Source: Eledone cirrhosa (Eukaryota). Taken from it: DNA of 64,000 bases. A program made the position numbers and the translations under genes. The notes beneath the pieces were generated by a model. It was not told where the DNA came from. It saw nothing but the letters and a program-made list of their open reading frames with translations, and ran no database searches. Every line of letters begins with the position of its first letter. Positions within the stretch are counted from its first letter, which is position 1. Shown in pieces: positions 26,649-44,251 of the stretch. The stretch lies in assembly GCA_964016885.1 (NCBI GenBank), contig OZ024743.1:91078001-91142000 (forward strand), in the 5' to 3' direction.

Positions 26649-27240
26649 GTGGTGGAACACTGGAAGGTAATATCCGTAGTGGTAGAGCACTCAGTCCAAG
26701 GGACGAGTTAGGTAGAAGTGGTTACACAATAGTTAGTTCACCATACCGAGAACAATTGTTTCACCTTCGCGGATCTTCAGCTCGGGATGTGTATGGTTAT
26801 AGGAACAGGAAGGACAACCGTACGAATGCGCATGCGCAGAAACTCGGTCACTTCACACAGGCAATACTAGACTGCGTGCGGGAGGTGTAAGAGATTACGT
26901 AATAGTGATTGCCTAAACACGAGAAGTGAACTTTTCACACGTTGTCCACACGTCACCAAACATCTATTGCATAACTACAAGACTCCGGACTGATTCTTTG
27001 TAATTTTATTTTTAATTTTATTTTCAACCTAAAAACTTTCCGGACTTTCGCAGTTATCTCCCTTACACCTCCCGCACGCAGTCTAGTATTGCCTGTGTGA
27101 AGTGACCGAGTTTCTGCGCATGCGCGTTCGTACGGTTGTCCTTCCTGTTCCTATAACCATGCACATCCCGAGCTGAAGATCCGCGAAGGTGAAACAATTG
27201 TTCTCGGTATGGTGACCTAACTGTTGTGTAACCACTTCTA

Positions 27241-27243
<3 letters not shown>
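26648..27243 (+). mobile_element. 5'-truncated Penelope-like element with inverted upstream pLTR
   Basis: 26708-26895 is the reverse complement of 27058-27243; spacer encodes NSDCLNTRSELFTRCPHVTKHLLHNYKTPD*, homologous to the end of the PLE ORF at 45020-45115; (TA)n on both sides. Confidence 0.85.
27168..27207 (+). ncRNA. Minimal hammerhead in pLTR (mirror copy 26746-26785 minus; decayed copy 45258-45295)
   Basis: ccgag-CTGAAGA-tccgcgaaggt-GAAA-caattg-TT^-ctcgg; weak stem II, palindromic stem III. Confidence 0.65.
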
Positions 27244-27317
<74 letters not shown>

Positions 27318-27507
27318 AATATTTAATATAGAAATGGCTTCTACAGGACTACAACTGTTTCATTCAAAAGGAAAGCACTGGTGATTTCTAGTCCCATAGA
27401 AGCCATTTCTATATTAAACATGATGTTTACACTCTACTGATGTATTGAGTACCTTACTATGGTTTTACCGATTGAAACTGGAACTCATACACACACACAT
27501 ACACACA

Positions 27508-27623
<116 letters not shown>

Positions 27624-27822
27624 GTTATATCTGTATATATATATATATGTGTATATATATATATTAAAAGTTAAATCTGTCTCCAGCCATGGAGGCTCAA
27701 TATGTCGGTGTTTACCCCGGTTTCCGTGGCGTGAAACGACTGAGAGTACAAAACTCCACTCCTCCCTGGACAGGACACCAGTCCATCGCATACATGCATG
27801 ACGATTGTTATACATACATACA

Positions 27823-28285
27823 TTTAGCTGCCCAGCAGATGCCAATATAATATCAAAGATTAGTGAAAAGGAGAATATTTATGCAGAACTGATGAGAAAT
27901 CTGCAGATACTCCACCCTGATTACACCTTCAGATTTATGCCTGTGATTATTGGGGCACTGGGGTATGTTAGTAACTGCCTCAATACAAATCTTGAGAAGC
28001 TGGGCTTCACAGGAACAGAAAGAACACAACTAGTTCGGAAATTACAAGTACAATCCATTAATGGAACAGTAAAAATATGTAAAACATTCCAAAAATGTTG
28101 CATCTAATAACTGCATATACACATATACAGATGCAAAGCATATACACATGCATACATACAATAACATCCATATCTACCTAGTTGATGTGTAAAAAATTCC
28201 AATGAGAGAGTCTTGTGTCTATGTTAGAAACCGACTCTCTCTCTCTATTGGTAAAACTTTGTGAAATTATAAAACCAGAAGAACA
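27823..28285 (+). mobile_element. 3' fragment of an RLE-type (R4/Dong-like) non-LTR retrotransposon
   Basis: SCPADANIISKISEKENIYAEL..FMPVIIGALGYV..GTVKICKTF is typical of a restriction-like endonuclease C-terminus; flanked by (TACA)n. Confidence 0.7.
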
Positions 28286-28347
28286 TACATACATACATAC
28301 ATATACATACATACTTATATATATATATATGTGTCTGTGTGTATATG

Positions 28348-28421
<74 letters not shown>

Positions 28422-28482
28422 TGTATGTATGTATGTATGTATATATACATACATATACACAGACACACATGTATAATGGATA

Positions 28483-28641
<159 letters not shown>

Positions 28642-28951
28642 CATATACACACAGACACACATGTATAATGGATAGAATAAGCAACAAATAGATATAAGGA
28701 CAGTGGTCGATATGATCGACTAAAACAATTAAATACTGTGTTCCAGCATGGTCGCTGTCTAATTACTAAAGCTATTCCAATAATAAAATGCTTAGATACG
28801 GTATTGAAAGGTAAATATGCAACTAACCTTAACTGTTATGATCGGCAATAGTGCGGCTTCCCTCAGTTACAGCTTTAAAGTGATCACAGTAGGAGATACA
28901 ACCAATTAAAATGATATCAAAAACTGTTGTGTTGACAGTAGCATAGGAGAA

Positions 28952-28982
<31 letters not shown>

Positions 28983-29144
28983 GTTTGTGTGTGAGAGAGT
29001 GTATGTGTGAGAGTGAGAGATAGTGCGTGAGAAAGGGAGAGTGTGTGTGAGAGAGTGAGTGTGTGAGAGAGAGAGTGTGTGTGTGAGAGAAAGAGAAAGG
29101 GTGTGTGTGAGAGTGAGAGAGTGTGTGCGTGTGTGTGAGATAGA

Positions 29145-29185
<41 letters not shown>

Positions 29186-29365
29186 TGTGTGAGAGAGAGA
29201 GTGTGTGTGACAGACAGAGAGAAAGTGGGGGAGAGTGTGTCTGCATGCGTATTTATATGAGTGTGTAAACATGTTATGTAAGAGTGTGTTTACGTTATAA
29301 ACGGGTCATGTTGTGTTGACTATCATTTATTCCACCATGGACTAATAAAGCGGATGTATATAAAA

Positions 29366-33898
<4,533 letters not shown>

Positions 33899-34401
33899 TA
33901 TTAAATAGTCAACAGACGTATAAAGTACATTACCTTGTTCGTAATACTACTTAATTCTTAATTCAGGACCCTCGCTCCTTCTGATTATCATTTGTTTCGA
34001 AGCTTACAGAATCATTGAGAATAGTGATTCCCAACGTAGAGCGCACACCCCACATGGAAATTTGAATATTTAAGGGGGCCATTTGAAAATGATGTTAATG
34101 AGAACAAACTTCAGGTTTTACTTTATTACTTTTACACCAAGGCAACTTTGGTACACATTACTGTCAGAAACTCCTTCTCTCCTCTTCCACATGTTATTGC
34201 GCATTTGACGCCGCATATACACCAATTTGTTCACACTTTGCAGTTGATCATTGGTGTTTACATATGGGTGGGGGGCAACATGATAATTGTTTTGATGTTG
34301 GGGTGGGGCATGGTGCACAAAAGGTTGTTTAGTGAATTGGTCATAAGGTTATTTACTCTAGTAGATAACACTGTATGCCAATTATTAATTTAATAATTTA
34401 A

Positions 34402-34752
34402 TGGCAGTAGGGGCGGTGGATTGGCAGTAGGGGCGGTGGATTGGCAGTAGGGCGGTGGATTGCAGTAGGTGCGGTGGATTGGCAGTAGGTGCGGTGGATT
34501 GCAGTAGGGGCGGTGGATTGGCAGTAGGGGCGGTGGATTGGCAGTAGGGGCGGTGGATTGGCAGTAGGTGCGATGGATTGGCAGTATCGGTAGAGGGTCG
34601 GACGCCATGCTTTCCAGCATAGTTACGTCCCTTTACGTCTGAGTTCAAATCCGCCGAGGTTGACTTTTCCTTTCATCCTTACGGGGTCGATAAAATAAAG
34701 TACCAGTAATGCACTGGGTAATTTCTGGCCTTGTGCCTAAAGTAGAAACAAT
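34402..34752 (+). mobile_element. tRNA-derived Nin-domain SINE with tandemly reiterated 5' head
   Basis: About 9-10 copies of GGCGGTGGATTGGCAGTAG(G), then the SINE body; TAATTTAATAATTTAAT on both sides as TSD. Confidence 0.8.
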
Positions 34753-35877
34753 TAATTTAATAATTTAATAAGTGAAGGAACACAAGAATATGTAAGGAAA
34801 GCAGGAAGCAAGATGATGGTATGCAGACAGGAATAATTGTTTCTACTATTGGCACAAGGCCAGCAATTATCCAGTACATTACTGGTACTTTATTTATCGA
34901 CCCCGTAAGGATGAAAGGCAAAGTTAACCTCGGCGGGATTTATATGATAATAACAACGATAAGTCTTCTCAACTGTATATAAAGATAGTTTTTCTTTATT
35001 CGTGTGCTTGTGTGTGTGTGTATTACAATGGTTAAATGACATACTGTCACTTGTTTTGTTAATCCTTGTGAGAAGAAATGGAATATAGCTGAGCTGAGCT
35101 TTATGGTATAGGTCCTCAGCAGATGTGTTGCAGGTCGGAAAAGCTCGACCGAAAGAGAAATAAGAGCTAAGAATTACCTTTGGCGAAACCGTGCTGGCCT
35201 ACTAAGCAAGGCGGCCAAAAGGTGGAAAAGAGAGAAAGAGGCGTCAGAACACTCCCTTATCTACTGGCCACGGGGAAGTAACTCCAAATAGTTTGGTTCC
35301 CCGGACAGAGATGGCGCTAATCACTACAGTTGGTTTAGATGGACTTGTACTCAAAAGTCACAAAGAAGTCGAACTGACCTCTTTTCCTTCTTCTCATCAA
35401 AACCAAAAAGATATGTGCAGATGTGCATATGTGTGTACGTAAATGTATGTGTGTGTATGTATATCTGTGAGTGTATGTGTATGTATATGTACGGATGCGT
35501 ACGTGTGTGCATGTATATATACGGGTGCGTGTCTGTGTATATGCGTGCGTATATACACGCGCGTGTGTGCTTCTCAGTGTGCATGTATTTGTGTGACTAT
35601 TTCTGTGTGTGAACGTAAGCACACAAGCTACTCTGTATGTATCTGTGTGTGTGGGGGGGGGGGTAGCTGACAAACAGCAGTAATTTTACCGATAGGGCAG
35701 TGGGTGAGTGAAAGCTCACGCCCTCACGGTCAGCGGGCTGCTACAAGTGGTCAGATTGATGATGACGTCACTAACCAGTGACCAACCCAAGGATGCGCAA
35801 AGCGGATGAAGGTGGACGATATAGGCTTGTAGGGCCAGAAAACCACAGAAAGAGGATACGATCCGAAATCAATAGAC

Positions 35878-35964
35878 GTGTCCGAGGAACCTGCGAGACT
35901 AGAGTCAGGTAGATCCACACATGGTCGCACCTCGAGCTGTTCGCCGGGGAAACAATTGTAACAC
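35878..35964 (+). ncRNA. Hammerhead-like motif (U4C core, long stem II)
   Basis: gtgt-CCGAGGA-acctg...ccggg-GAAA-caattg-TA^-acac, followed by AATAAA and (TA)n. Confidence 0.45.
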
Positions 35965-36006
35965 ACAATAAATTGTGTTCCGATGCATCACTGATTTTTC
36001 GTTTTC

Positions 36007-36056
<50 letters not shown>

Positions 36057-36264
36057 AAAACAGATGAAATCCAAATTGCAGCTGGAGTCTTTTTTTTTTT
36101 TAAATATATATTTATTTGGTTCCTTTACCAGTTTCGCAGTTCTGCTTTTCAAAATTAGAATTGAGATGGAGGGTTTGTGGTTTTTCTCACATCTGGTTAG
36201 TCTTTGAATGTTACTTCTGTTTTATATGGAAAAAAGTGGCTCGAAATGCTAGGTTTTTAGAGAA

Positions 36265-36800
36265 GTCATTTGGTTGGTTGGTGAATAAGTATAATAAATT
36301 TCGCGCCAGTTCGCGTTACAAAGTTCTTATTATATCTGCCTTCAAACAAAGGAGGGGGTGGGGCTCAGGTTGTTTTTTCATATATGAGTGAAGTTTGGTT
36401 AGTTGCTGCAGTCACGTGAATAAGCACATCAGCTTTCGCGCCAGTTTGTGTTTGAATTTCTTTTTACTTAAAAAAAAGGTGGCTCACGAAGGCTTTTTTT
36501 TTTATAAATGTAATTTGATTGGTTATAAATGAAATTATGACTGTCAGGTGAAAAAGTACATTAAATTTCGCGCCCGTATTTTGGAATTTTTTTGTAGCCA
36601 TTTAGAGAATTTTGTGCTAAACAAAAGATAATGGTTAAGAAAAAGGAATGGAGAGAGTTGTTCTGAGTATGACTGATGTGCTGAAATGTGATTTGATTGG
36701 TTATAAATGAAATTATGACTGTCACGTGAACAAGTACATTAAATTTCGCGCCCGTATTTGGGAATTTATTTTGTAGCCTTTTAGAGAATTTTGTGCCAAA
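36265..36800. promoter_or_regulatory. Tandem units carrying E2F, CCAAT and E-box motifs
   Basis: TTTCGCGCC at 36299, 36434, 36566 and 36744; TGATTGGTT at ~36516 and ~36694; GTCACGTGA at 36411 and 36721; 178-bp period for the last two units. Confidence 0.35.
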
Positions 36801-36809
36801 CAAAAGATA

Positions 36810-36993
36810 ATTGTTTTTACTTTTGGCACAAGGCCAGCAATTAACCAGTGCATTACTGGTACTTTATTTTATCGACCCCGTAAGGATGAAAGGCAAAGTT
36901 AACCTCGGCGGGATTTGAACTCAGAATGGCAAGGGCCGTAACTCTATGCGTCAAAACATGGAGTCCGATCCTCTACCGATACTGCCAATCCAC
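36810..36993 (-). mobile_element. tRNA-derived Nin-domain SINE (representative copy)
   Basis: B-box GAGTTCAAATCCC, central GCCTTTCATCCTTACGGGGTCGATAAAATAAAGTACCAG, ~16-bp TSD GTGCCAAACAAAAGAT; other copies near 9920, 13995, 34835, 46040, 48865, 52270, 52450, 53178, 53370, 53635, 53856, 56655, 57135 and 58635. Confidence 0.85.
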
Positions 36994-37415
36994 GTGCCAA
37001 ACAAAAGATATTGGTCAAGAAAAACGTGATGGGGAGAATTGTTCTGGTTCAGTGAATATGGCTGGAGTGCTGGGGTGTCAGAATTCAGACTTTCTATTGA
37101 AATAAAGAAAGTATGTTTATTTGTGTGCTTGTGTGTGTGTAGGAAGATGATTCTATTAGTAGAAATGGGGGAGGGAGTTGTGTGCGTGTGTATGGGTGTT
37201 ATGTGTGTGTGTGTATGTGTGTGTGGGAGTATGGTTAGCATGTTAAGATGGAGAGAATATATATATTTTGTGTGTGTGTGTGTGTTTGTGTGTGTAGGAA
37301 AATGATTCCGTTAACACAACAACAGGGGAAATGCCATTAGATATAATAATACCCATGAAAAAACAATTCAGAAAAATCATTTTTTAGACCAAGGCTACAG
37401 GACCCACGACACCCG

Positions 37416-38695
37416 GTGGCACAAACCGATTTTGAAAAACGGAAAATAATCAACCTTTCAAATACAAACTTCTCAGCCCAACAAATTAAAATTCTCTCCA
37501 AAGGACTGAAATTCACACCAACACCACAATACTCCAACCTCAATGAGATAAATGACGATATCTCACACTTCTGTAGAAAATTACGTCTCACAGAGGAATT
37601 CTTTGACAAGGAGAATAACGACCAATCAATTGTACGGAATAAAAGTAGCTACAACCCAACAAAAGGTAGAAACAGAGTTCTGGACAAATTTTGTGACCAC
37701 ATAGCAACTTTCCTATACCATGAACTACCGCAACCTAAACCCAAACCCAACACGAGTCGAAGGGAATGGGAGATTATCCATGAACTAAAAAACAATACGA
37801 ACATTATAATTAAGGAAGCGGACAAGGGAAGTACTGTCGTCATTATGGATGCTGAACAATATACAAATTCTATGGTCTCTCTCTTACAAGATACTAACTA
37901 CTATGAAAGAGTAAAAAACTTCCAGCAATCAAAAACGATGACCAGATTAAACACATTCATTTGTCGATACCAGTAAGACTTAACTAAAAATGAACGCGAT
38001 TATTTAACACATTTTGAATACAAAACCAGCAACCTTTACGGACTTCCGAAGATCCACAAGTGTAAAATAATTAACGATGCCTGTAAACAATCCACCTCAA
38101 CCTGCGTGAACACACAATACCCCACAGACCTTAAATTAAGACCAATTGTAGCGGGCCCACAATGTGAAACACACAGATTGAGCAACTTTATAGACATACT
38201 ACTAAAACCAATTCTCAAACACATACCAAGCCTTGTAAGAGACGATCTGGACCTCTTACCCCCCCCCCCCCCGAACATGTCAACAACGACACTATTATTG
38301 TGTCTTTCGATGTAGTGAATCTCTACACAACGATCCCACACCAATACGGACTAGAAGCAATAGGATTCTAGCTAGAGAAATATCCCAATGAGATACCTGA
38401 CAGAATAGAAAAAAGCTTCATCACCGAGGGATTAAAATTTATTTCACAGAACAACTTTTTTTATTTCGATGGCAGTACTTACAAGCTCATATCGGGGACT
38501 GCGATGGGTACAAAAGTCGCTCCAACTTATGCCAACTTAGTCATGGCATACTTGGAAGTCCAGATATATGAACAGTCCAAATCAAAATACGGATTGAACT
38601 TCCACAAATATTTATCAGAGAATTGGAAACGCTACTTGGATGATTGTCTCATTCTTTGGTCTCACACACTCGACCAACTAAATGACAGACTTTAA
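37416..38695 (+). pseudogene. Penelope-like reverse transcriptase, disrupted and 3'-truncated
   Basis: INLS..LSKGLKFTPTP, IIIKEADKGSTVVIM, YGLPKIHK, LRPIVAGP, FDVVNLYT, GTAMGTKVAPTYANL, RYLDD; stops and frameshifts. Confidence 0.9.
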
Positions 38696-38759
38696 TTTCA
38701 GCAAACAGAATTCTATAAGAACCAAACATCCATGATATCAGCAAACAAGAGGAGTAGTT

Positions 38760-38804
38760 GGCTTTGATAAGCATCAATAAATGCGAAACAAGGCCTTGTC
38801 AGCT
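38760..38804 (+). ncRNA. Minimal hammerhead, U3-A8 variant, in the ~320-bp family copy at 38695-38970
   Basis: ggct-TTGATAA-gcat/caataa/atgc-GAAA-caaggccttg-TC^-agct. Confidence 0.7.
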
Positions 38805-38994
38805 TTATCTCGCCTGTTTGCTGAAAATTAAAGTAAGTGAGTCTGTCACTACTCTAAAACAATAGCATAAGGTCTTCGAAATGCTTTTAATTAAGCATAC
38901 AGTGTATTGCAAAATACACTATATATACATTCATATATATATAGCTATTTCAGAGCACCAATTCTAATTTATATATACATATATATATATCTAT

Positions 38995-41900
38995 AGTGAA
39001 AAATGGAACGGGAACAAAACGGAGAGGCAGTACAAACAAAGGTTTTATAGTTTCACGCTCTTTACAGTGGGGGGGGGGGGGTTCGGGCATAAGTGGGTGT
39101 TAGTATACTGGTGGTGGGGAAAGGGTTGAATGCGGGTTCGTTAGTGGTGGTAGGGTGTGTAGAGTGGGTGGTGTAAGTGGGTGTGCGTGGGTGTGTGGGT
39201 GTGTTCGTGTGCGTGGGGTCGGGGGGATGTTAGTGGTATTAGTCGTGGGGTGGTTGGAGTGGATGTGTGGGTGAGGGTTAGTGGTGGTAGTAGGGTGTGC
39301 GGATAGTGTGAGTGCGTGTATATATGTACAGGTGGGTGTGTGCGTGATAGGGGGAGGGGTGGGGATGTTAGTATTGTTAGTTGGGGGAGGGTGGTCGGAG
39401 ATGGAGTGGGGTGTTAGTATTGTTAGTTGTGGGGTGGGTCAAAGGGGGTGGGCGGTGAAAAGGAGGAGTGTTTTAGTGGTGTTAGTGGGGGATATGTGTC
39501 TGTGGGGGGTGGGGGTGAAGGCTAAAGGAATAGGGGTGGAGAGTTCATGCCGGGGGAGTGTGGGTCTCTAGGGTGAAGATGGTGCGTTGTTCGACCCTGA
39601 GGCGGGTGGCGAGTGTTCCGTGGCATTGCAGTAGGCCACAGACTGTGAGGTGGTGCGCGGAATGTCCAGGGGAGCCAAAGTGGCGGGCGATGGGGGAACT
39701 CCCACCGAGACGAATATCCCGGAGGTGTTCAGTGAAACGGTCCGCCAGGCGACGTCCAGTCTGTCCGACGTAGGTTGCGCTGCACGGAGTGCAGCGAAGT
39801 CAATAGACTAGGTTGGAGGAGATGCAGCGGAAGGCGTGCCGGACAGAGAGAGAGTGGCCGTTGGTACCCTGGAAGGTGGTGGTGTTGGTGATGTGGGGGC
39901 AGGTGTTGCAACGAGGCCTGGAAGAGGGAAGGGAACCGGGAAGGGAACCGGGTGGGGGGTAGGGAGTTGCGGACGAGGAGGGTGCGGAGATTGCGTTTGA
40001 AGGAGAGGAGTGGTGAGGGTGGGAAGATGTGGGAGGTGAAGGGGTCGGACTGGAGGCGTCGGAAGAGGCGGAGGATGGTGCGGTGGAGGGGTGGTAGGTG
40101 ATGGGGAAGGTGGGTGGGTGTGCGGTGGCATGGGGTGAGGGTGGTGGAGCGGTGGACAGCCCGGGCGCGAGTGAGGGCGGTGTGGACGAGGGAGGGGGAG
40201 GGGGGACCTCTGCTGATGAAATGGCTGACTAGGGAAAGGGCCTGGGACTCAAAGTCAGCATCTCGGCTGCAAAGGCGGCGGATCCTGAGGAGTTGGGAGT
40301 GTTTAGTGTGTGTAGGGTGGGAGGAGGTGAAGTTGAGGTAGGAGCGGGAGTCTGTGGGTTTGAAGAAGGCGGAGGTGACGAGGGAGTGGTGGGAGGGGTC
40401 GATGGCGACGGAGATGTCTAAGAAGTGAACGTGGGTGGTGGAGATAGAGGTGGTGAAGTGGAGGGAGGGGTGGAAGGAGCAGAAGAATGAGAGAAAGGAG
40501 TCGAGCTGTTCTCGGTCGTGGCTCCGATACAGTAGTCGATGTAACGACCGTACAGTTCGGGCATTGGGCCGGTGTACTGGACAAAGATTTGGGCCTCAAC
40601 ATGGCCAACGAAAAGGTTGGCATAATTTGGGCCCATTCTTGTGCCCATGGCTACCCCCGTGACCTGTTGGTAAAACTCACCCGAGAAGGAGAAGCAGTTG
40701 AGGGTGAAGACCAGCTCGGCGAGGCGAAGGAGGGTGGGGTGGGGGGATGGGGGAGGGGCGAAGGTCGAGATAGTGCTTGAGGGCACGTAGGCCGCCGGCG
40801 TGAGGGATGACAGTATAAAGCGACTTGATATCTAGGCTGAAGAGGAGGGGCTGTGGGCCAGGTGGGAAAGTGAAGGAGTCGAATAGGCGAAGGGCGTGGT
40901 TGGTGTCGGAAATGTGGGAGGGGAGGGTGGTGACGAGGGGGGAAAGGATGGAGTCAAGAAAGGCGGAGATGAGTTCGGTGGGGCAGTTGCAAGCGGAGAC
41001 GATGGGGCGACCGGGGTTGTCGGGTTTGTGGAGTTTGGGGAGGAAGTAGATAGTAGGGAGGGGTGCGGGGGGGACGATGAGGTGGGAAGCGGTGGGAGGG
41101 AGGAGGGAGGAGGAGACAAGGTGTTGGATGGTGGAAGAAACTTGTTATTGGTAGAGGGATGTGGGGTCGGAGGGTAGAGGGCGGTAGAAGATGGGGTTAC
41201 GGAGCTGCCTGAGGGCTTCGGCCGTGTAGAGGTCAGCGCGCCACACCACCACAGCGCCTCTCTTGTCCGCCGGTTTGATGACGATGTCATCTCGGCTACG
41301 GAGGGAGCGCAGAGCGAGGAGTTCGCCCCATGAGATGTTATGCCGTTTGGACCGGTGGCGGAAGTCGAAGCGATTTGCTGCGCTACGGCAGGCGTCGACG
41401 AACGCGTCCAGAGTGCTAAATTGCCCTGGGGCCGGCGTCCAAGACGCTGGTCGTCGGCCCAGGGCGAGAAACGGGTCTGGGGCGTTCGGAGCCGGTGGCG
41501 TTTGATGAAAATGTGCCTGTAGCTTCGTGCGTCGCACGAATCGCTCGACTTCCGTTCGGGTGCGGAGAGGGGGAAGTCAGGTGGTATGGTGACAACAAGT
41601 GGTGGGGTTTGGGTGTGTGAAGGAGGGGAGGGTGTGGTGAGGGTGAGGGGGGATTGGGTCGGGGGGGGTACGGCGGGGGGGGGGGGGTCATAGGGATGGG
41701 GAGGGGGTAGCTTAAGGGCTTTGGTGGAGGTGAGGAAGGAGAAGAGGTCGTGGTTGAGGTTTTGGATGAAGAGGAGGATGGAGTGGGCGAGGAGGGGGTG
41801 GCATGCGGAGTTAAGGTGGAGGAGGGTGGGGGTCAGTTGGTAGTCAAGTTTGCGGATGGTGGAGCGGGAGGAGCGGAGGGAAATGCGCATTAGGAGGCGC

Positions 41901-42562
41901 GAGGATCGGGTGAGGATACGCTGGGTGGAGGGTAAGCGGAGGGGGGTGGGGAGTGTAGTCGGAGGCCGAGGGGGGTGAGGTGGAGGTGGAGGCAGCGGCT
42001 GAGGAAATGGATGTGGCTGGAGTGCCGGGTTTTGGCGAAGAAAAGGTAGGAGAGTTGTAGGGCCGAGGGGAGATAGCAGGGTGGGTGGAGGGGGTGAGGA
42101 AAAGTTTGAGGTGGGTGTGGAGTTGGTGGAGAAAGGATCACATGCTGGGCATGGTGGGCGTGGAGTGAAAGCAGAGAGAGGAATGAGAAGGGAGGTGTGT
42201 GATGAGGGGGGGGGGGGAGTGCGAAAGGTAGACAGAGACGGGGGAGAGAAAATCAAACAGAAATAACGTAAGGAGAGGAGAGTATACACAGGAAAATCAT
42301 AGACAAAAAATCATAATCATAAATAAACACAGGAAATCATGGACAAAAAATCATAGACAGACAGAAATAAACAAATACAGTAAATAAATCAATCAAAAAG
42401 TAATGCAAAGAAAGGAAAAAACGGGTTGTGGGAAGGTGTGGGGAAAGTTCAGAGAGTGGTCACGGCGGATTAGATCGGGGTTGAGCTGGTAGTCAAGGTG
42501 GTATTCCAAGGTGGTATGGAAGCCGTGGGACCGTGTATTGTATAGTGAAAAATGGAACGGGA
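38995..42562 (-). mobile_element. Penelope-like element (Poseidon-like), near full length, frameshifted, very C-rich sense strand
   Basis: DDIVIKPADKRGAVVVW, GVAMGTRMGPNYANLFVG, RYID; GIY-YIG region ~39560-39830 (YVGQTGRRLADRFTEHLRDI); direct repeat TATAGTGAAAAATGGAACGGGA at ~38992 and 42541. Confidence 0.88.
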
Positions 42563-43050
42563 TATATATAGTTACTAAAACAAAACCTATATATTTGCTA
42601 GCATAGGTATGCATCTGTATATATATGTTGGTAGATATACTAATTCTTTATAATTTTCTCCAAATTATTTTGTTGAGCAAAAATTTGCCAAAACTGCTAC
42701 TATAGTTCATAGTAATAGTTCGGCTACTGTCTTCTTAACACCCCACTCCTCACTGATTAACCTCGATGTCACGTGATTGATTCTTTTGAATTTGCCACCG
42801 ACCAAGTAGGCAGTGATTTTTTTCAATGTCTTGGAACTTAGTCCACGCTTTGCTTTTTTCCATCCACTGAATTATTTTTGTATGAGTTCCCTGTGTCCAC
42901 GCATTGCCTGGGAACTTAGCTGAGAATAGACTTCCCTGATGACGAAAGGCTTTCTCCATGTGTTCATTTCGGAAACCATTTCAGAAACTAATTAGTTGGA
43001 GTGAAATTTTAGTAAGTAAGTTAATTTTTATAATTTTCTTATTTTACGTC

Positions 43051-43118
<68 letters not shown>

Positions 43119-43203
43119 ATAGCTTTCACCGTGTTTTAACTAAAGGAATTTTAGCTTGATAACGGGGTTTAGAACCCTCAGATAAATGGAAAAAGATGAG
43201 TAT

Positions 43204-43291
<88 letters not shown>

Positions 43292-43300
43292 CATATATAT

Positions 43301-43536
<236 letters not shown>

Positions 43537-43549
43537 AGAGAGAGAGAGA

Positions 43550-43627
<78 letters not shown>

Positions 43628-43986
43628 TCCCCACAGGTACTAAGTACCCACGGAAATATATAGGGTGTCTATGATACAGTTGTTGTTCAATGGTATTAAT
43701 TTGAGATACCAGAACTATAAAATTGAGATGAGCGGAACAAGCAAACTTTAAACATTCTTTTAAAATAAATTAAAATACAATTTAAATATTTACGTATCCA
43801 TATTGCTTTTACCGACGCTTTCGCCTCACAAAAGATTGGAAATCCAGGGGACTTCCAATGGAAAGATCGGCTCTTCAGCTTTTTTCCTTACATAGAACGT
43901 ATAGTCCTCAGTTTACGTGTAGGTCATTTTACGGCCCACTCGATCTTTCACTAGCTGGCGGAAGACGATGTATTTGCTTGCTATGG

Positions 43987-44121
<135 letters not shown>

Positions 44122-44251
44122 AATAAATAACAAGGACGATTGGTTACTCCTTCATTACGTCTATTGGTTGGTGACGCGCGTTTCGCCACTGATCAGCTCA
44201 AGATTCGATCTGTATCGATCTAACCCGACTCGGTAATCCGCGGCTCGTTCC

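Noticed and set aside
40832-42289. 485-aa proline-rich protein
   Set aside because: Mosaic of frames from the C-rich, frameshifted Penelope element
42750-42959. 69-aa minus-strand ORF
   Set aside because: No recognisable motif or splice signals that I can support
43805-43885. Minus-strand CTGAAGA-gcc...ggc-GAAA-gcg-TC
   Set aside because: Core and stem II present but stem I cannot form
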